From the NCBI GenBank assembly GCA_964387845.1, contig CAYLXA010000003.1, positions 164,089 to 228,088 of the forward strand: a DNA stretch of 64,000 nucleotides. Direction: 5' to 3'. Made by a program: the position numbers and the translations under genes. The notes beneath the pieces were generated by a model. That model was not told the DNA's origin and ran no database searches. It saw only the letters and a list, made by a program, of their open reading frames with translations. This stretch comes from an uncultured bacterium. GTDB taxonomy: Bacteria; Omnitrophota; Omnitrophia; Omnitrophales; Abzuiibacteriaceae. Position 1 is the stretch's first letter; every line of letters begins with the position of its first letter. Positions 38,684 through 48,947 of the stretch are shown one piece after another.

Positions 38684-39799
38684 ATGGATCCTAATTCAAC
38701 ATTAAAATCACTTCTGGATTTTATGCTCCATGAAAAAGGAAGCGACCTTTATTTAAAATCAAGCGCACCGCCGTATTACCGCGCGGCGCATGAGCTCAAA
38801 AAGTTCCCCTATCCGAACGATGCGGCGATTTCTATAGATCAAATGAACAAAATCGCACAGCATTTGATGAAGCCGCATCATCAGGAGCTTCTTGAGCGCG
38901 AAAGAAGCGTTGATTTATCGTTCCGCATCGAAGGCCACGGCCGTTTGCGTGCCAATTTATTTTATCAGCAGGGCGAGTTATCATGCGTAATCCGGATTGC
39001 CTGGACGCAGATTCCGAGCTTTGAAGAATTGAAACTTCCGAAAATTCTCAAAAAGTCGGCACTTTCAGACCGCGGATTAGTGATTATTTCAGGCGCCGTA
39101 TCATCCGGGAAAAGCACTACGGCAAATTGTTTGATCGACATCATTAATCAAAATGTCGAAAAACACATCGTGACGATCGAAGATCCGCTTGAATTTATTC
39201 ATCAGGATAAAAAATCCCTGATGAACCAGCGCGAAATTGGTCAAGACACGCCCAATTTTGTGAACGCGCTCCGATATGCTGTCAGGCAGGCGCCGGACGT
39301 TATTTTTATCGGTGAAATGCGGGATTCCGAAACATTCTTGAGCGCGCTTGCAGCCGCCGAAATCGGCCGGCTTGTGATTACGACAGTTCATGCGCGAAGT
39401 GCCATGCATACGTTTGAACGTTTGGTGAGTTTTTTCCCGCCTGAGGCCCGCATCCGGATCTTGACGGAAATTTCCTACAATCTGAATATTATTTCCTGCC
39501 AGCGCCTGGTACCGCTTAAAACCGGGAAAGGCTACGCACCGGCGTTCGAAATTTTAGCCAACAACAACATCGTGGCGGATCTTGTCAGACAACAACGCTT
39601 TGATAAATTACAGCAAGTCATGCAAAACGGCGCATCCGAAGGCATGCAGACCATGAATCAATCGCTCATTCAATTGAAAGAGCAGGGCCTCATTTCCGAA
39701 CTTGAAATGTTCCGCGCATCCGACAAGCCGCAGGAGCTTTCGATGAATATGCGCGGCATCGAATTCGGCGGCGGAGGCGGCAAGATCATAGGCGATTAA
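38684..39799 (+). CDS. PilT/PilU-family type IV pilus retraction ATPase paralog
   Basis: Walker A GAVSSGKSTT, IEDPLEF, IGEMRD and His-box VITTVHA. Confidence 0.8.
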   Translation: MDPNSTLKSLLDFMLHEKGSDLYLKSSAPPYYRAAHELKKFPYPNDAAISIDQMNKIAQHLMKPHHQELLERERSVDLSFRIEGHGRLRANLFYQQGELSCVIRIAWTQIPSFEELKLPKILKKSALSDRGLVIISGAVSSGKSTTANCLIDIINQNVEKHIVTIEDPLEFIHQDKKSLMNQREIGQDTPNFVNALRYAVRQAPDVIFIGEMRDSETFLSALAAAEIGRLVITTVHARSAMHTFERLVSFFPPEARIRILTEISYNLNIISCQRLVPLKTGKGYAPAFEILANNNIVADLVRQQRFDKLQQVMQNGASEGMQTMNQSLIQLKEQGLISELEMFRASDKPQELSMNMRGIEFGGGGGKIIGD

Positions 39800-39800
39800 C

Positions 39801-40418
39801 ATGCAGTTTGATCTATTTAACCGGACACAGAATCAAATTCTAGACGCAGAATCCTACCCCGAATTTAAAAAGCTCCTAATCGATTCTAAATGCACGAAAT
39901 GCCAGTTGTGTGGTGGCCGCAAGAATATTGTTGTCGACCGCGGCAATTCCGATACAAAAATCATGCTGATCGGCGAAGCGCCCGGTGAAAATGAGGATTT
40001 GCAGGGGAAGGCATTTGTCGGCCGAGCGGGCAGGCTCATGGATCAATTGATGCTTGAAGTTGGCATTGATACCAATCAAGACACACTAATCGCAAACATT
40101 GTCAAATGCCGTCCGCCGGAAAACCGGGCGCCGAAGCAAGACGAAGTGGATCAATGCAAGCCGTTTCTGCTCAAACAAATTCAGCTTGTGAATCCGAAAA
40201 TCATCGTGCTTTTGGGCGCAACTGCTCTGAAGCACTTGATTCCTGAGAAAGCCAAAGCGGCGATGAGCTCTGAGGTCGGAAACGCCTTTACGCATCAGGA
40301 TTTTCCGGGTATTCAATTGATGGTTCTTTATCATCCTGCATATATCTTGCGCGATCCGCGCAAAAAGCCGCTCATGCAGGAACATCTCAAAAAATTGAAG
40401 CGGTTAATCTCAAAATAA
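39801..40418 (+). CDS. Uracil-DNA glycosylase, family 4
   Basis: GEAPGENEDLQGKAFVGRAGRLM and the CKCQLCGGRK cysteine cluster. Also HPAYILR. Confidence 0.85.
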   Translation: MQFDLFNRTQNQILDAESYPEFKKLLIDSKCTKCQLCGGRKNIVVDRGNSDTKIMLIGEAPGENEDLQGKAFVGRAGRLMDQLMLEVGIDTNQDTLIANIVKCRPPENRAPKQDEVDQCKPFLLKQIQLVNPKIIVLLGATALKHLIPEKAKAAMSSEVGNAFTHQDFPGIQLMVLYHPAYILRDPRKKPLMQEHLKKLKRLISK

Positions 40419-40507
40419 ATTTGTCCTAGACGCTTTCATCTTTCGAGGATAAAATTTGAGCCTGTTTTGATCAATCCTCATTTTAATCAGTTAACCGCGA
40501 GGTTTTC

Positions 40508-41464
40508 ATGAAAATTTATTCAGATATCACCAAAACCATCGGCAATACACCGCTTGTGCGCCTAAACCGGGTTACAAAAGGCTGCAGCGCGGAAATTGTT
40601 GCCAAATTGGAGTTTTTCAACCCGATGGCGAGCGTCAAAGACCGGATCGGCGTTAATATGATTGAAGATGCGGAAAAAAAGGGTGTTTTAAAGCCCGGCG
40701 CGACCGTGATTGAACCTACGAGCGGTAATACGGGAATTGCGCTTGCGTTTGTTTGTGCCGCAAAGGGTTATAAATTGATTCTGACAATGCCCGAAACCAT
40801 GAGCATTGAACGCAGAATGCTTTTGACGCTTCTCGGTGCGGAAGTTGTACTGACAAAAGGCGAAGAAGGCATGCGCGGCGCGATTAAAAAGGCCGAAGAG
40901 TTGGTTGCATCAACACCCGGTTCATTTATGCCGCAGCAATTTAAAAATCCCGCCAATGTTGAAATCCACCGGAAATCCACCGCGGAAGAAATCTGGCGCG
41001 ATACGGACGGTAAAGTCGATATTTTAATTTCAGGTGTCGGAACCGGCGGAACTATTACAGGCGTTTCTGAAGTCATCAAAACTAAAAAATCGAGCTTTAA
41101 AGCCATCGCAGTTGAACCGAAAGATTCGCCGGTGCTTTCAGGCGGAAAGCCGGGCCCGCATAAAATTCAGGGAATTGGCGCCGGGTTTATTCCGGATATT
41201 CTCAATACGAAAATTATTGATGAAATTATCCAAGTATCAAATGAAGAGTCGCTTGAATGGGCACGCCGGCTTGCAAAAGAAGAAGGCCTTCTCGTCGGAA
41301 TTTCTTCGGGCGCTGCTGTTTCTGCCGCAGTTCAGGTCGGGAAACGGCCCGAAAATAAAGGCAAGTTGATTGTCGTCATCATTCCAAGTTTCGGCGAGCG
41401 CTATTTGAGCACGGCACTTACGGAAGGCGTTCGTGATATTGCAACCGCACAAGCCGCCCGGTGA
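40508..41464 (+). CDS. cysK: Cysteine synthase A (O-acetylserine sulfhydrylase)
   Basis: [10 protein letters not shown] (PLP Lys), [10 protein letters not shown] and [10 protein letters not shown]. Confidence 0.9.
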   Translation: MKIYSDITKTIGNTPLVRLNRVTKGCSAEIVAKLEFFNPMASVKDRIGVNMIEDAEKKGVLKPGATVIEPTSGNTGIALAFVCAAKGYKLILTMPETMSIERRMLLTLLGAEVVLTKGEEGMRGAIKKAEELVASTPGSFMPQQFKNPANVEIHRKSTAEEIWRDTDGKVDILISGVGTGGTITGVSEVIKTKKSSFKAIAVEPKDSPVLSGGKPGPHKIQGIGAGFIPDILNTKIIDEIIQVSNEESLEWARRLAKEEGLLVGISSGAAVSAAVQVGKRPENKGKLIVVIIPSFGERYLSTALTEGVRDIATAQAAR

Positions 41465-42993
41465 CCGATCGATTTAAATTAGCAGCCGGTTTTGGTTTGT
41501 TGGTTGCCGTTTTACTGCTTTTTTTCTGCCTTTCACGCGACTTCGTATCCGCTTCGGAATCTTCATTCCGGTTAAGCAGCGCTACTTTCTTAATTTTCAG
41601 AATCACAATCGCACTTTTCTGCATATTTTTGCTCGTCTCACAGAATGTTTCTTTCTCCAAATATATCCCGGGCGCTGTTTTATTTCTTTTTGTGCTGATG
41701 TTCTTAGAAAAGTGGACTCAGCATATGAGCTTCAATACGCATTCCCATGATGTGGGGCTTTTTCACAGCGCGCTCTGGAATTCGTTGCACGGAAATTGGC
41801 TGCTTGATTCGGTACGAGGCCAGTTTTATCTGGCAGACCATTTGATTTTCTTTTTGTATTTTCTCATCCCGTTTTATTGGATTTACTCGGGCCCTGAAAC
41901 TTTGTATTTTTTATCAGCCGTTGCGTTTGCATTTAGTGCATTCTTCATTTTCAAACTTGCAAAAGAGCGCTTGAAGAATGAGCTCGCGGCCTTTTTAATT
42001 TTCACCGCTTTTGCGAGCAACCGTTACATTTGGGGCGCTTTTCTGCATGAATTTCATCCGGATTTTTTTGCGCCGCTGTTTTTGTTTATACTGTTTTTTT
42101 CTTTCTATCAGAAAAAATTTTTCCCGTTCTTTCTGTCGTTTGTCTGCATTTTAATTTTGAAAGAAGATTACGCGCTCTATTTAATCCCGGCTGGAATTTA
42201 TTTTTTTATCCAAAAAGAAGGAAAACCGACCGGCCTTGCTGTGATTTTAATCAGCGTGGTTTATTTCGGAGCGGCTTATTTCTGGATACTGCCGCACATG
42301 CAGAAAATTTCAGGGATAACTTCGGGTTACACATACGTTAACTCGTGGTCTCATTTGGGTTCCGGGCCTTTTGATATTGTTAGAAATTTGGTTTTAAATC
42401 CGGCGGCTTTTCTTTCTTCAATTTCTTACAAAACAATCTTTACTTTTTTCACCAAGTTCATTTTCTTGCCCTTTTTAAGCCCCGCAAGCCTTCTATTTCT
42501 ACTTCCGCCGATTTTTTTATATACATCTGCCCAGTTTGAGCTGATCCGAGGCCTGAGCGTGCATTACGGTCTGATTCCGGCGGCGTTTGGATTCATTGCT
42601 GTGATTGAGGCTGTGAGAAATCTGGAGAAGATGAAAATACCGAAAAATCTGACTCCCATTCTGATTTCCATTTTATGTGTTGTCGGTCTTTTCCGATTCA
42701 CTTTCTTCATCCCAATGCCGGAGTCGGGAGAGCTTAAAATGCGCCAAGACGGGTTCATGAAAAAAAGGCCGATTTGTGTCCAGTCATCCCTTTTCCCGCA
42801 TTTAGTTCCTGACGGCTCATTTTCCATTTTTCCGGAATGTTCCGCAGGAGATAAATACTTACTTTTATTTGCAAAGGCCGAAACCTACCCGTTTTCAAAA
42901 CCGGAGTTTCAGAAACGTTTGTCTGAAATTATTGCAAGCGACAAGTGGCAACTTAAAGAGAATTCCGGCGGAGTCATGCTGTTTGAAAAGTGA
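41461..42993 (+). CDS. DUF2079-like polytopic membrane protein (GT-C-like)
   Basis: 510 aa with many TM helices. [32 protein letters not shown] resembles DUF2079, from memory. Overlaps the cysK stop. Confidence 0.45.
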   Translation: MTDRFKLAAGFGLLVAVLLLFFCLSRDFVSASESSFRLSSATFLIFRITIALFCIFLLVSQNVSFSKYIPGAVLFLFVLMFLEKWTQHMSFNTHSHDVGLFHSALWNSLHGNWLLDSVRGQFYLADHLIFFLYFLIPFYWIYSGPETLYFLSAVAFAFSAFFIFKLAKERLKNELAAFLIFTAFASNRYIWGAFLHEFHPDFFAPLFLFILFFSFYQKKFFPFFLSFVCILILKEDYALYLIPAGIYFFIQKEGKPTGLAVILISVVYFGAAYFWILPHMQKISGITSGYTYVNSWSHLGSGPFDIVRNLVLNPAAFLSSISYKTIFTFFTKFIFLPFLSPASLLFLLPPIFLYTSAQFELIRGLSVHYGLIPAAFGFIAVIEAVRNLEKMKIPKNLTPILISILCVVGLFRFTFFIPMPESGELKMRQDGFMKKRPICVQSSLFPHLVPDGSFSIFPECSAGDKYLLLFAKAETYPFSKPEFQKRLSEIIASDKWQLKENSGGVMLFEK

Positions 42994-43061
42994 GTTCGCA
43001 ATTAAATATATCTATGATATGATCACTGCTTATAAATAGAGTTTTCAAATCAAGGAAAGTT

Positions 43062-44048
43062 ATGCCTAATTTTTGGAGCAATGCAAAAGTTTTAGTAACG
43101 GGCGCGCATGGTTTTACGGGGTCTCACCTGTGTCATGAGCTTGTGGCACAAGGTGCTCAGGTAAAAGCGTTTGTGAAGAACGGTGGCATGATCGCAAACC
43201 TTGCCGATATCCGCGATAAAATCACGATCTATTCGGGTGACGTTACGGATATTACAAGCCTTTTCACCTCAATGGAGGGCGTCGACTACGTATTTAATGC
43301 CGCCGCCATTGTTCCCGTTATCGAAGCCCGTCAGTCTCCGCAAGCCTGTCTTCAAGTGAATACCATCGGTGCCTACAACGTTGCTTATGCTGCGATGAAA
43401 TCGGGTATTAAAAAAATGCTTCACGTAAGCACCTGTCATATTTACGGATTTAGTTCAGCCGACGAGCTTCCGATCAAAGAAACCCTGGTTCCTCGCCCAA
43501 GAGACGTTTATGCAGCATCAAAATATGCCGCAGAGATTTGTTTAAAAACACTGGTTGATGAAGGTTTTCCCATTACTTTTACCCGGGCGTTTGCGATGTA
43601 TGGCCCCGGCCAACGGGAACAGTTGTTTATTCCGAGAGTAATTGCCCATTTGCTTAGAGGAGAAGCGCCCAAGCTTGGCAATTCTCACCCGACACGCGAC
43701 TACTGCTTTATCAAAGACACGGTTAGAGGTTATTTACTTGCGCTTGAAAAGGGAAAGCCGGGCGAAGTTTATCATTTGAGTTCCGGGAAAGAAGTTGTCA
43801 TGAAAGATTTGTATGATCTAATTGCAAAGCTATTGGGAAGTAATTTAAAAGCCACCTGGAATATGGATCCTAGGCCGCACGAAATTGACAGGCTTTGCGG
43901 AAATTCAGACAAAGCCCGTTCTGCATTCAACTGGAAGCCCGAAGTGAGTTTTGAAGAGGGCCTTAAAATTACGATTGAATGGTGGAAAAGCCATCCGGAA
44001 TTATGGAAGCCCGGTTCCGGCCACCCTGTTGCGCCTTTAGCAAGATAA
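43062..44048 (+). CDS. NAD-dependent NDP-sugar epimerase/dehydratase
   Basis: VLVTGAHGFTGSHL (Rossmann) and YAASKYAAE (YxxxK). Confidence 0.8.
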   Translation: MPNFWSNAKVLVTGAHGFTGSHLCHELVAQGAQVKAFVKNGGMIANLADIRDKITIYSGDVTDITSLFTSMEGVDYVFNAAAIVPVIEARQSPQACLQVNTIGAYNVAYAAMKSGIKKMLHVSTCHIYGFSSADELPIKETLVPRPRDVYAASKYAAEICLKTLVDEGFPITFTRAFAMYGPGQREQLFIPRVIAHLLRGEAPKLGNSHPTRDYCFIKDTVRGYLLALEKGKPGEVYHLSSGKEVVMKDLYDLIAKLLGSNLKATWNMDPRPHEIDRLCGNSDKARSAFNWKPEVSFEEGLKITIEWWKSHPELWKPGSGHPVAPLAR

Positions 44049-44054
44049 AAAATC

Positions 44055-46421
44055 GTGCTTAAAGCAAAAGCCGCGAATGCATCCCATTGTTTTTGGTTTC
44101 TTCTAATTGTTCTTGCCCAGTTTATTTTCTTTGCGTATTGGATCATAACGCAAAGGATGTTCAGTGAGCACGACACATTCCATTTTTTTAGTCTCCAATA
44201 TTATTATTTAAATCATGCCGTGATGTATGGAGCCATTCCGCAATGGATCCCGTTTCTGACACACGGACTGATCGCCAGCCAGTTTTACGCTTTACAATCT
44301 GGACTCCTGCAAAATGTATTCATGCTGATTGCGCCCGTCTTTAAGCCGTTTAATTTTCTCAATATTTTTTACGCCAGCATGTTTATAGACGAATTGTTTC
44401 TTCTGGCCGGTTCGTGGCTTTTGGCAAAACGTTATTTTAAGTCAGTTTACACGGTTTTTTTTGTCTGCATTTCTGTCATCGGGTCAGCAATTTGGGCCTA
44501 CCAGCCGTGGTTTAATTTCCGGTTCTATTATGCAATTCCGCTTATTCTTTTCTTTTTTCACACATTCTTAGATACGGGCCGCTGGCGGTATTTTGTTCTT
44601 GGCATGAATCTAATTGCCATTCAAACGCTAGGCAATTTGTCCTATCTCATTCCGTTTACGACCGCCGCTCTTTTTGTATACTTTCTGTTGCATTTTTTTC
44701 TAAATCAGGAAACTGTTCTCAAACAATTCAGCCAAATCCGGTTCAATCACTCGTTATGGATTCCGGCTTTTTGGATAGCCGTGTCTTTTACGGCGGTTTA
44801 TGCAATCTTGGCTTTCGGCACCGATCAAGTTTTGTATTACGGCCACTTGCGGGCCCGCGACGGCAGTGTTGCATTAGAAAGTTTTATGCATACGAGGCCT
44901 GAAATGGGAAGGTTTAGCTTTTTTGAGTTCATGCTGGGCATTTTGCCTTTTAATGATTACACCATGTATACAGGTTTTATCTCGGCTTTTATGGTTATGT
45001 GGGCGCTGGTTACTAAGTGGGATAGCCGGAAATCCGCTTTGATCTTGTTTTGTGCTTTCATTTTATTTTTCGCCTACGGCACTTTTGTGAGTATTTTCTT
45101 CTACCATGTCTGGCCCATGATGAAATATTTCCGCCACATTGAATTGACGATGAGTTTTTGTAAGTTGTTTCTTTGCTTTTTAGCAGGGTTTGGCTTTGAG
45201 GCGTTTTTTATATCTCAAGAACCTTCCGGAAGAATAAAAATCCTTTTCGCTGCACTAGCTTTAATTATTTCCGCAGGTTTTTCTGCCGTCATGGCCAATC
45301 CTGATTTGTCCGGAAAAATATTTTCCTTTTTTAAATTAGACCCCGCTTTTGTTGATTTTTTGTACAGGAAGTATGAAGCAAGAGGCCTTTTGATTTTAGC
45401 GGCGGGATTGGCTTTTTCCGCAGTTTTGCTGATAAGTCTTAAAAAAAAGTTTGCTGCAATTCTGTGGTTTGTATTAATGGTTCATAGTTTGGATCTTTTT
45501 TTTTACAAGTGGCAGTTATTTTATGACGGCAGCACAAAATTGAGCCCAAAACAGTACCAGACGCTGCAATTTACCAAGATTCCCTTTTTTGAAAGCCGGG
45601 AAAGTAGTTATACGGAAAGAGAGGTTATTTTTGGAGATGAGCCTAGCAAATTTTTTGAGGGAAGCAATGCCAGGTATTGGACACTTTTTACATTTCTTTT
45701 TCAAGATAGCTTTAACAGCGAGCGGCAAACCGATCAGTGGCTGAAGCCGCTCGATCATTTGATAAAGGCTTACCATGGCCAGTCTATTCATGATACAGAA
45801 GCTGTGCCTGCTGACGGATTTAATCAAAGGGAGCACAAACTCATTCTGCCTAATAAACCCTCGCTCCAAAAAATCAGCTCCCTCACCGAAGACAAAATCC
45901 AGTTCTTCTCGGATGCCCATATCCTGGGTTCTCCGGATGAGGTTGCCGGATTAATGACAGACCCTCAATTTAAGGGAGATCTTCTTTTCTTGAATCAGCC
46001 GGGCCATGATCCTAAACCCTTTAACCGGCCGCTTGATTCCAATGAGCGCCTGAATCTCGACTATGAAGTCACTCATTTTGATTCCAATCAAATCCAAGTC
46101 TCAGTCAATATCCCGGGCAATCAACCCGCCTGGATATTCTACAGCGATGTCTGGCATCCTTTTTGGAAGGTAATAGTCAACGGTAAAACAAAAACAGTCT
46201 ATAAAGCCGATCTTGCCTATAAAGCCGCCCCCCTAGAACCCGGGCAAAACAACATACGTTTCTACTTCGAATCCAACTGGATCTCTTTCCTTCATCTCTT
46301 CTTTAACCTCCATGCCGTCTTCTGGCTCCTCATCCTGTGCCTGCTCATTGCCAAGATCTGTGTGCCGGAGGGGAGGTGGGGCAGGTTAAAAATTTTCGCT
46401 TTGATGCTTAAAGAGATATGA
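44055..46421 (+). CDS. YfhO-like GT-C-type membrane protein, paralog 1 (788 aa)
   Basis: About 12 N-terminal TM helices, an extracytoplasmic domain of roughly 300 aa and a terminal TM. The architecture matches the YfhO family. The product is inferred. Confidence 0.45.
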   Translation: MLKAKAANASHCFWFLLIVLAQFIFFAYWIITQRMFSEHDTFHFFSLQYYYLNHAVMYGAIPQWIPFLTHGLIASQFYALQSGLLQNVFMLIAPVFKPFNFLNIFYASMFIDELFLLAGSWLLAKRYFKSVYTVFFVCISVIGSAIWAYQPWFNFRFYYAIPLILFFFHTFLDTGRWRYFVLGMNLIAIQTLGNLSYLIPFTTAALFVYFLLHFFLNQETVLKQFSQIRFNHSLWIPAFWIAVSFTAVYAILAFGTDQVLYYGHLRARDGSVALESFMHTRPEMGRFSFFEFMLGILPFNDYTMYTGFISAFMVMWALVTKWDSRKSALILFCAFILFFAYGTFVSIFFYHVWPMMKYFRHIELTMSFCKLFLCFLAGFGFEAFFISQEPSGRIKILFAALALIISAGFSAVMANPDLSGKIFSFFKLDPAFVDFLYRKYEARGLLILAAGLAFSAVLLISLKKKFAAILWFVLMVHSLDLFFYKWQLFYDGSTKLSPKQYQTLQFTKIPFFESRESSYTEREVIFGDEPSKFFEGSNARYWTLFTFLFQDSFNSERQTDQWLKPLDHLIKAYHGQSIHDTEAVPADGFNQREHKLILPNKPSLQKISSLTEDKIQFFSDAHILGSPDEVAGLMTDPQFKGDLLFLNQPGHDPKPFNRPLDSNERLNLDYEVTHFDSNQIQVSVNIPGNQPAWIFYSDVWHPFWKVIVNGKTKTVYKADLAYKAAPLEPGQNNIRFYFESNWISFLHLFFNLHAVFWLLILCLLIAKICVPEGRWGRLKIFALMLKEI
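44169..44257 (+). repeat. 89-bp segment 100% identical to 49062-49150
   Basis: Direct nucleotide comparison; encodes HDTFHFFSLQYYYLNHAVMYGAIPQWIPFL in both paralogs. Confidence 0.9.
45106..45159 (+). repeat. 54-bp segment 100% identical to 49999-50052
   Basis: Encodes VWPMMKYFRHIELTMSF in both paralogs. Confidence 0.9.
45867..46376 (+). repeat. 510-bp segment 100% identical to 50679-51188
   Basis: The whole C-terminal domain (LQKISSLTEDKIQFF...LLIAKICVPEGR) is identical at the DNA level in both paralogs. Confidence 0.9.
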
Positions 46422-46454
46422 TAAGCTGACATTTAAGATTTTGAATTAGGATTA

Positions 46455-47474
46455 TTGTTCAATCGAAACCAATTCAAAAACCCTATGTTTCAAAACAAAA
46501 AAGTACTAGTGACCGGCGGCAGCGGGATGATCGGCCGGTTTTTGGTCGATTTTCTCATTGAAAAGGGCGCCAAAGTCAGGGTTGCGTCTCTGGATGATCC
46601 GTCGCGCGTACATGCCAAAGCAGAATTCCGCCGTGCAAATTTAACGGAATTTAGTGCCTGCCTGGCGGCCTGCGAAGGCATGGATTATGTTTTTCATTTG
46701 GCAGGAATCAAGGGCTCCCCATTAATGGCGGCCAAAAGGCCCGCTAGTTTCTTTGTCCCTATTATTTCATTCAATACCAACATGATGGAAGCGGCGCGTC
46801 AGTGCAAAGTCGAGCGCTATTTGTATACCAGCACTATCGGAGTTTACGCTCCGGCTGAAGTATTCTATGAAGACGATGTATGGAAAGCATTTCCTTCCGA
46901 GAATGACAAGTTTGCGGGATGGGCCAAGCGCATCGGGGAACTTCAGGCCGAAGCCTATAAAATTGAGCACGGCTGGAACGGTGTTCAGATTGTCAGGCCG
47001 GCCAACGTGTACGGCCCTTATGATAATTTTGACCCCAACAATTCAACTGTCATAGCGTCATTAATTAAACGGGCCGTAGATGGTGAAAATCCGCTTACGG
47101 TTTGGGGCGATGGTTCGCCGATCCGAGATTTTATTCACGCCAAAGACGTTGCCCGCGGCATGCTGATTGTGATGGAAAAAATGCCCGGAAAGCCCGTCAA
47201 TTTGGGAAGTGGCGTGGGTGTTACCATTAAACAAATTGTCGAAGTTATCGTGAGCCATTTAAAGAAAAAACCCGAAATTATGTGGGATACGTCAAAGCCG
47301 TTGGGCGATAAAAAGCGCCTGATGGATGTTGCGCGCGCCAAGTCTATCGGTTTTGAACCCGAAATATCGATTGAGCAAGGGATTCATGAACTCATGGATT
47401 GGTATCGAGCCAATAGGCAGTTACTTGATAAACGGTATAATGTTTTTACTCAAGATAGATTGATGTCAACCTAG
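46455..47474 (+). CDS. GDP-L-fucose synthase-like NAD(P)-dependent epimerase/reductase
   Basis: VLVTGGSGMIGRFL and a YxxxK motif; Fcl/WcaG-like. Confidence 0.7.
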   Translation: MFNRNQFKNPMFQNKKVLVTGGSGMIGRFLVDFLIEKGAKVRVASLDDPSRVHAKAEFRRANLTEFSACLAACEGMDYVFHLAGIKGSPLMAAKRPASFFVPIISFNTNMMEAARQCKVERYLYTSTIGVYAPAEVFYEDDVWKAFPSENDKFAGWAKRIGELQAEAYKIEHGWNGVQIVRPANVYGPYDNFDPNNSTVIASLIKRAVDGENPLTVWGDGSPIRDFIHAKDVARGMLIVMEKMPGKPVNLGSGVGVTIKQIVEVIVSHLKKKPEIMWDTSKPLGDKKRLMDVARAKSIGFEPEISIEQGIHELMDWYRANRQLLDKRYNVFTQDRLMST

Positions 47475-47527
47475 AAAGGCGGCGCTGTATTTCCCAAAAT
47501 TTTTTAATTACCGGGATTCGAAGCGGC

Positions 47528-48256
47528 TTGGGCCGATATTTGCACGAAGAACTCAAAGGGCGAGGTATTTCTCGAGAAACGATTGGTGAAGAATTTAATC
47601 AAATAATAAAATCAGGCGCTCAAACGATTATTCATTGTGCCTTTAACTCGTTTCAGAACGCCGACCCTGCATTAGCAAGCAATCTTCGTAAAGAAAATCT
47701 CGTGTTCACAAAAAAACTGACCCAAATCCCTCATCAAAAGTTTATTTTTATTTCCAGTGTAGATGTTTATCCAAGAAATTCGGAACTGCACAACGAAAAT
47801 GAAGTTATTCAAGAGAACCAAGTCGAAGGCGTATACGCCAAAAGCAAATTTGAATGTGAATCAGCCGTTCAAATCGGGTGTAAAAATTATTTAATATTGC
47901 GCTCTTCGTCACTCCTTGGTAAATATTCGAGACCGAGCAGTTTAATTCGCATATTAAAAGAAGAAAATTGCCGGCTGACATTGTCGCCTGATTCGGATTT
48001 AAATTGCGTACTTTATGAAGATGTTCTCGGATTTTTGCGTCTTTCAGTCAAAGAAAGTCTGAAGGGAGTTTATAACACCGTGTCATCGGGAAATATTTTG
48101 GTGTCTGATGCTGCGAAATTATTAAAGAAAAAAGTAGAGTTTGGAAATTATAGTTATCAGGTCGGAAACGTCGATAATCGTAAAGCTTCATTGATATATC
48201 CGGCATTTAAGAAGACATCAGAGCAAATATTCAAACAATTTTCTAGACAAATATGA
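47528..48256 (+). CDS. RmlD-like NAD(P)-dependent reductase/epimerase, apparently using a non-ATG start
   Basis: YAKSK catalytic motif. The Rossmann-like LITGIRSGLGRYL lies upstream of the only TTG start (47528), with a TAG stop at 47456. There is no in-frame ATG. Confidence 0.45.
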   Translation: MGRYLHEELKGRGISRETIGEEFNQIIKSGAQTIIHCAFNSFQNADPALASNLRKENLVFTKKLTQIPHQKFIFISSVDVYPRNSELHNENEVIQENQVEGVYAKSKFECESAVQIGCKNYLILRSSSLLGKYSRPSSLIRILKEENCRLTLSPDSDLNCVLYEDVLGFLRLSVKESLKGVYNTVSSGNILVSDAAKLLKKKVEFGNYSYQVGNVDNRKASLIYPAFKKTSEQIFKQFSRQI

Positions 48257-48924
48257 AGACAACTTTATTAGTTCCTACTCTGAACGAAATTGAAGGCATG
48301 AAAATCATCATGCCAAGAATTGACCCTAAGTGGGTTGATGAAATTTTAGTAATCGACGGCGGCTCTACGGACGGAACCATTGAATATGCGAAGGAGCACG
48401 GCTATCGGCTGATACATCAAAAATCAAAAGGAATCACATTGGCCTATAAAGAAGCTTTGGATCAAATTTCAAACGATGTTGTCATTGCGTTCAGCCCTGA
48501 CGGCAACTCAGTTCCTGAAATAATTCCGGATTTGATACGGGCCATGAAAGAAGGATACGACATGGTGATCGTTTCTCGCTATTTAAAAGGAGCTGGTAGT
48601 GAAGATGACGACCCCGTTACCGCATTTGGGAATTGGATGTTTACCGCGATCATCAATCTGGTTTTTGGAGGGCATTATACCGATACGCTCGTGATGTTCC
48701 GGGCTTTTAAGACGAGCGTTGTTAAATCGTTTCCGACCAATGTGCCGCGCGCAGGCCTTGAACCCATGCTTTCCATCCGGTGCGCTAAGCATAAACTCAA
48801 AGTTTCTGAAATTCCGGGTAAAGAACCAAAGCGAATCGGCGGAATCCGAAAAATGGTCCCTATTTTGAATGGGCTCGATATTGTAAAGCTCATCGTCCAA
48901 GAGAGACTTTCACCGAATTCTTAA
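48253..48924 (+). CDS. GT2-family polyprenol-phosphate glycosyltransferase (GtrB/CsbB/DPM1-like)
   Basis: LLVPTLNE...ILVIDGGSTDGT...DADLQ-like DxD region. 223 aa. Confidence 0.7.
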   Translation: MKTTLLVPTLNEIEGMKIIMPRIDPKWVDEILVIDGGSTDGTIEYAKEHGYRLIHQKSKGITLAYKEALDQISNDVVIAFSPDGNSVPEIIPDLIRAMKEGYDMVIVSRYLKGAGSEDDDPVTAFGNWMFTAIINLVFGGHYTDTLVMFRAFKTSVVKSFPTNVPRAGLEPMLSIRCAKHKLKVSEIPGKEPKRIGGIRKMVPILNGLDIVKLIVQERLSPNS

Positions 48925-48947
48925 GCCTTCCTTTATTAGAGGTTAGC

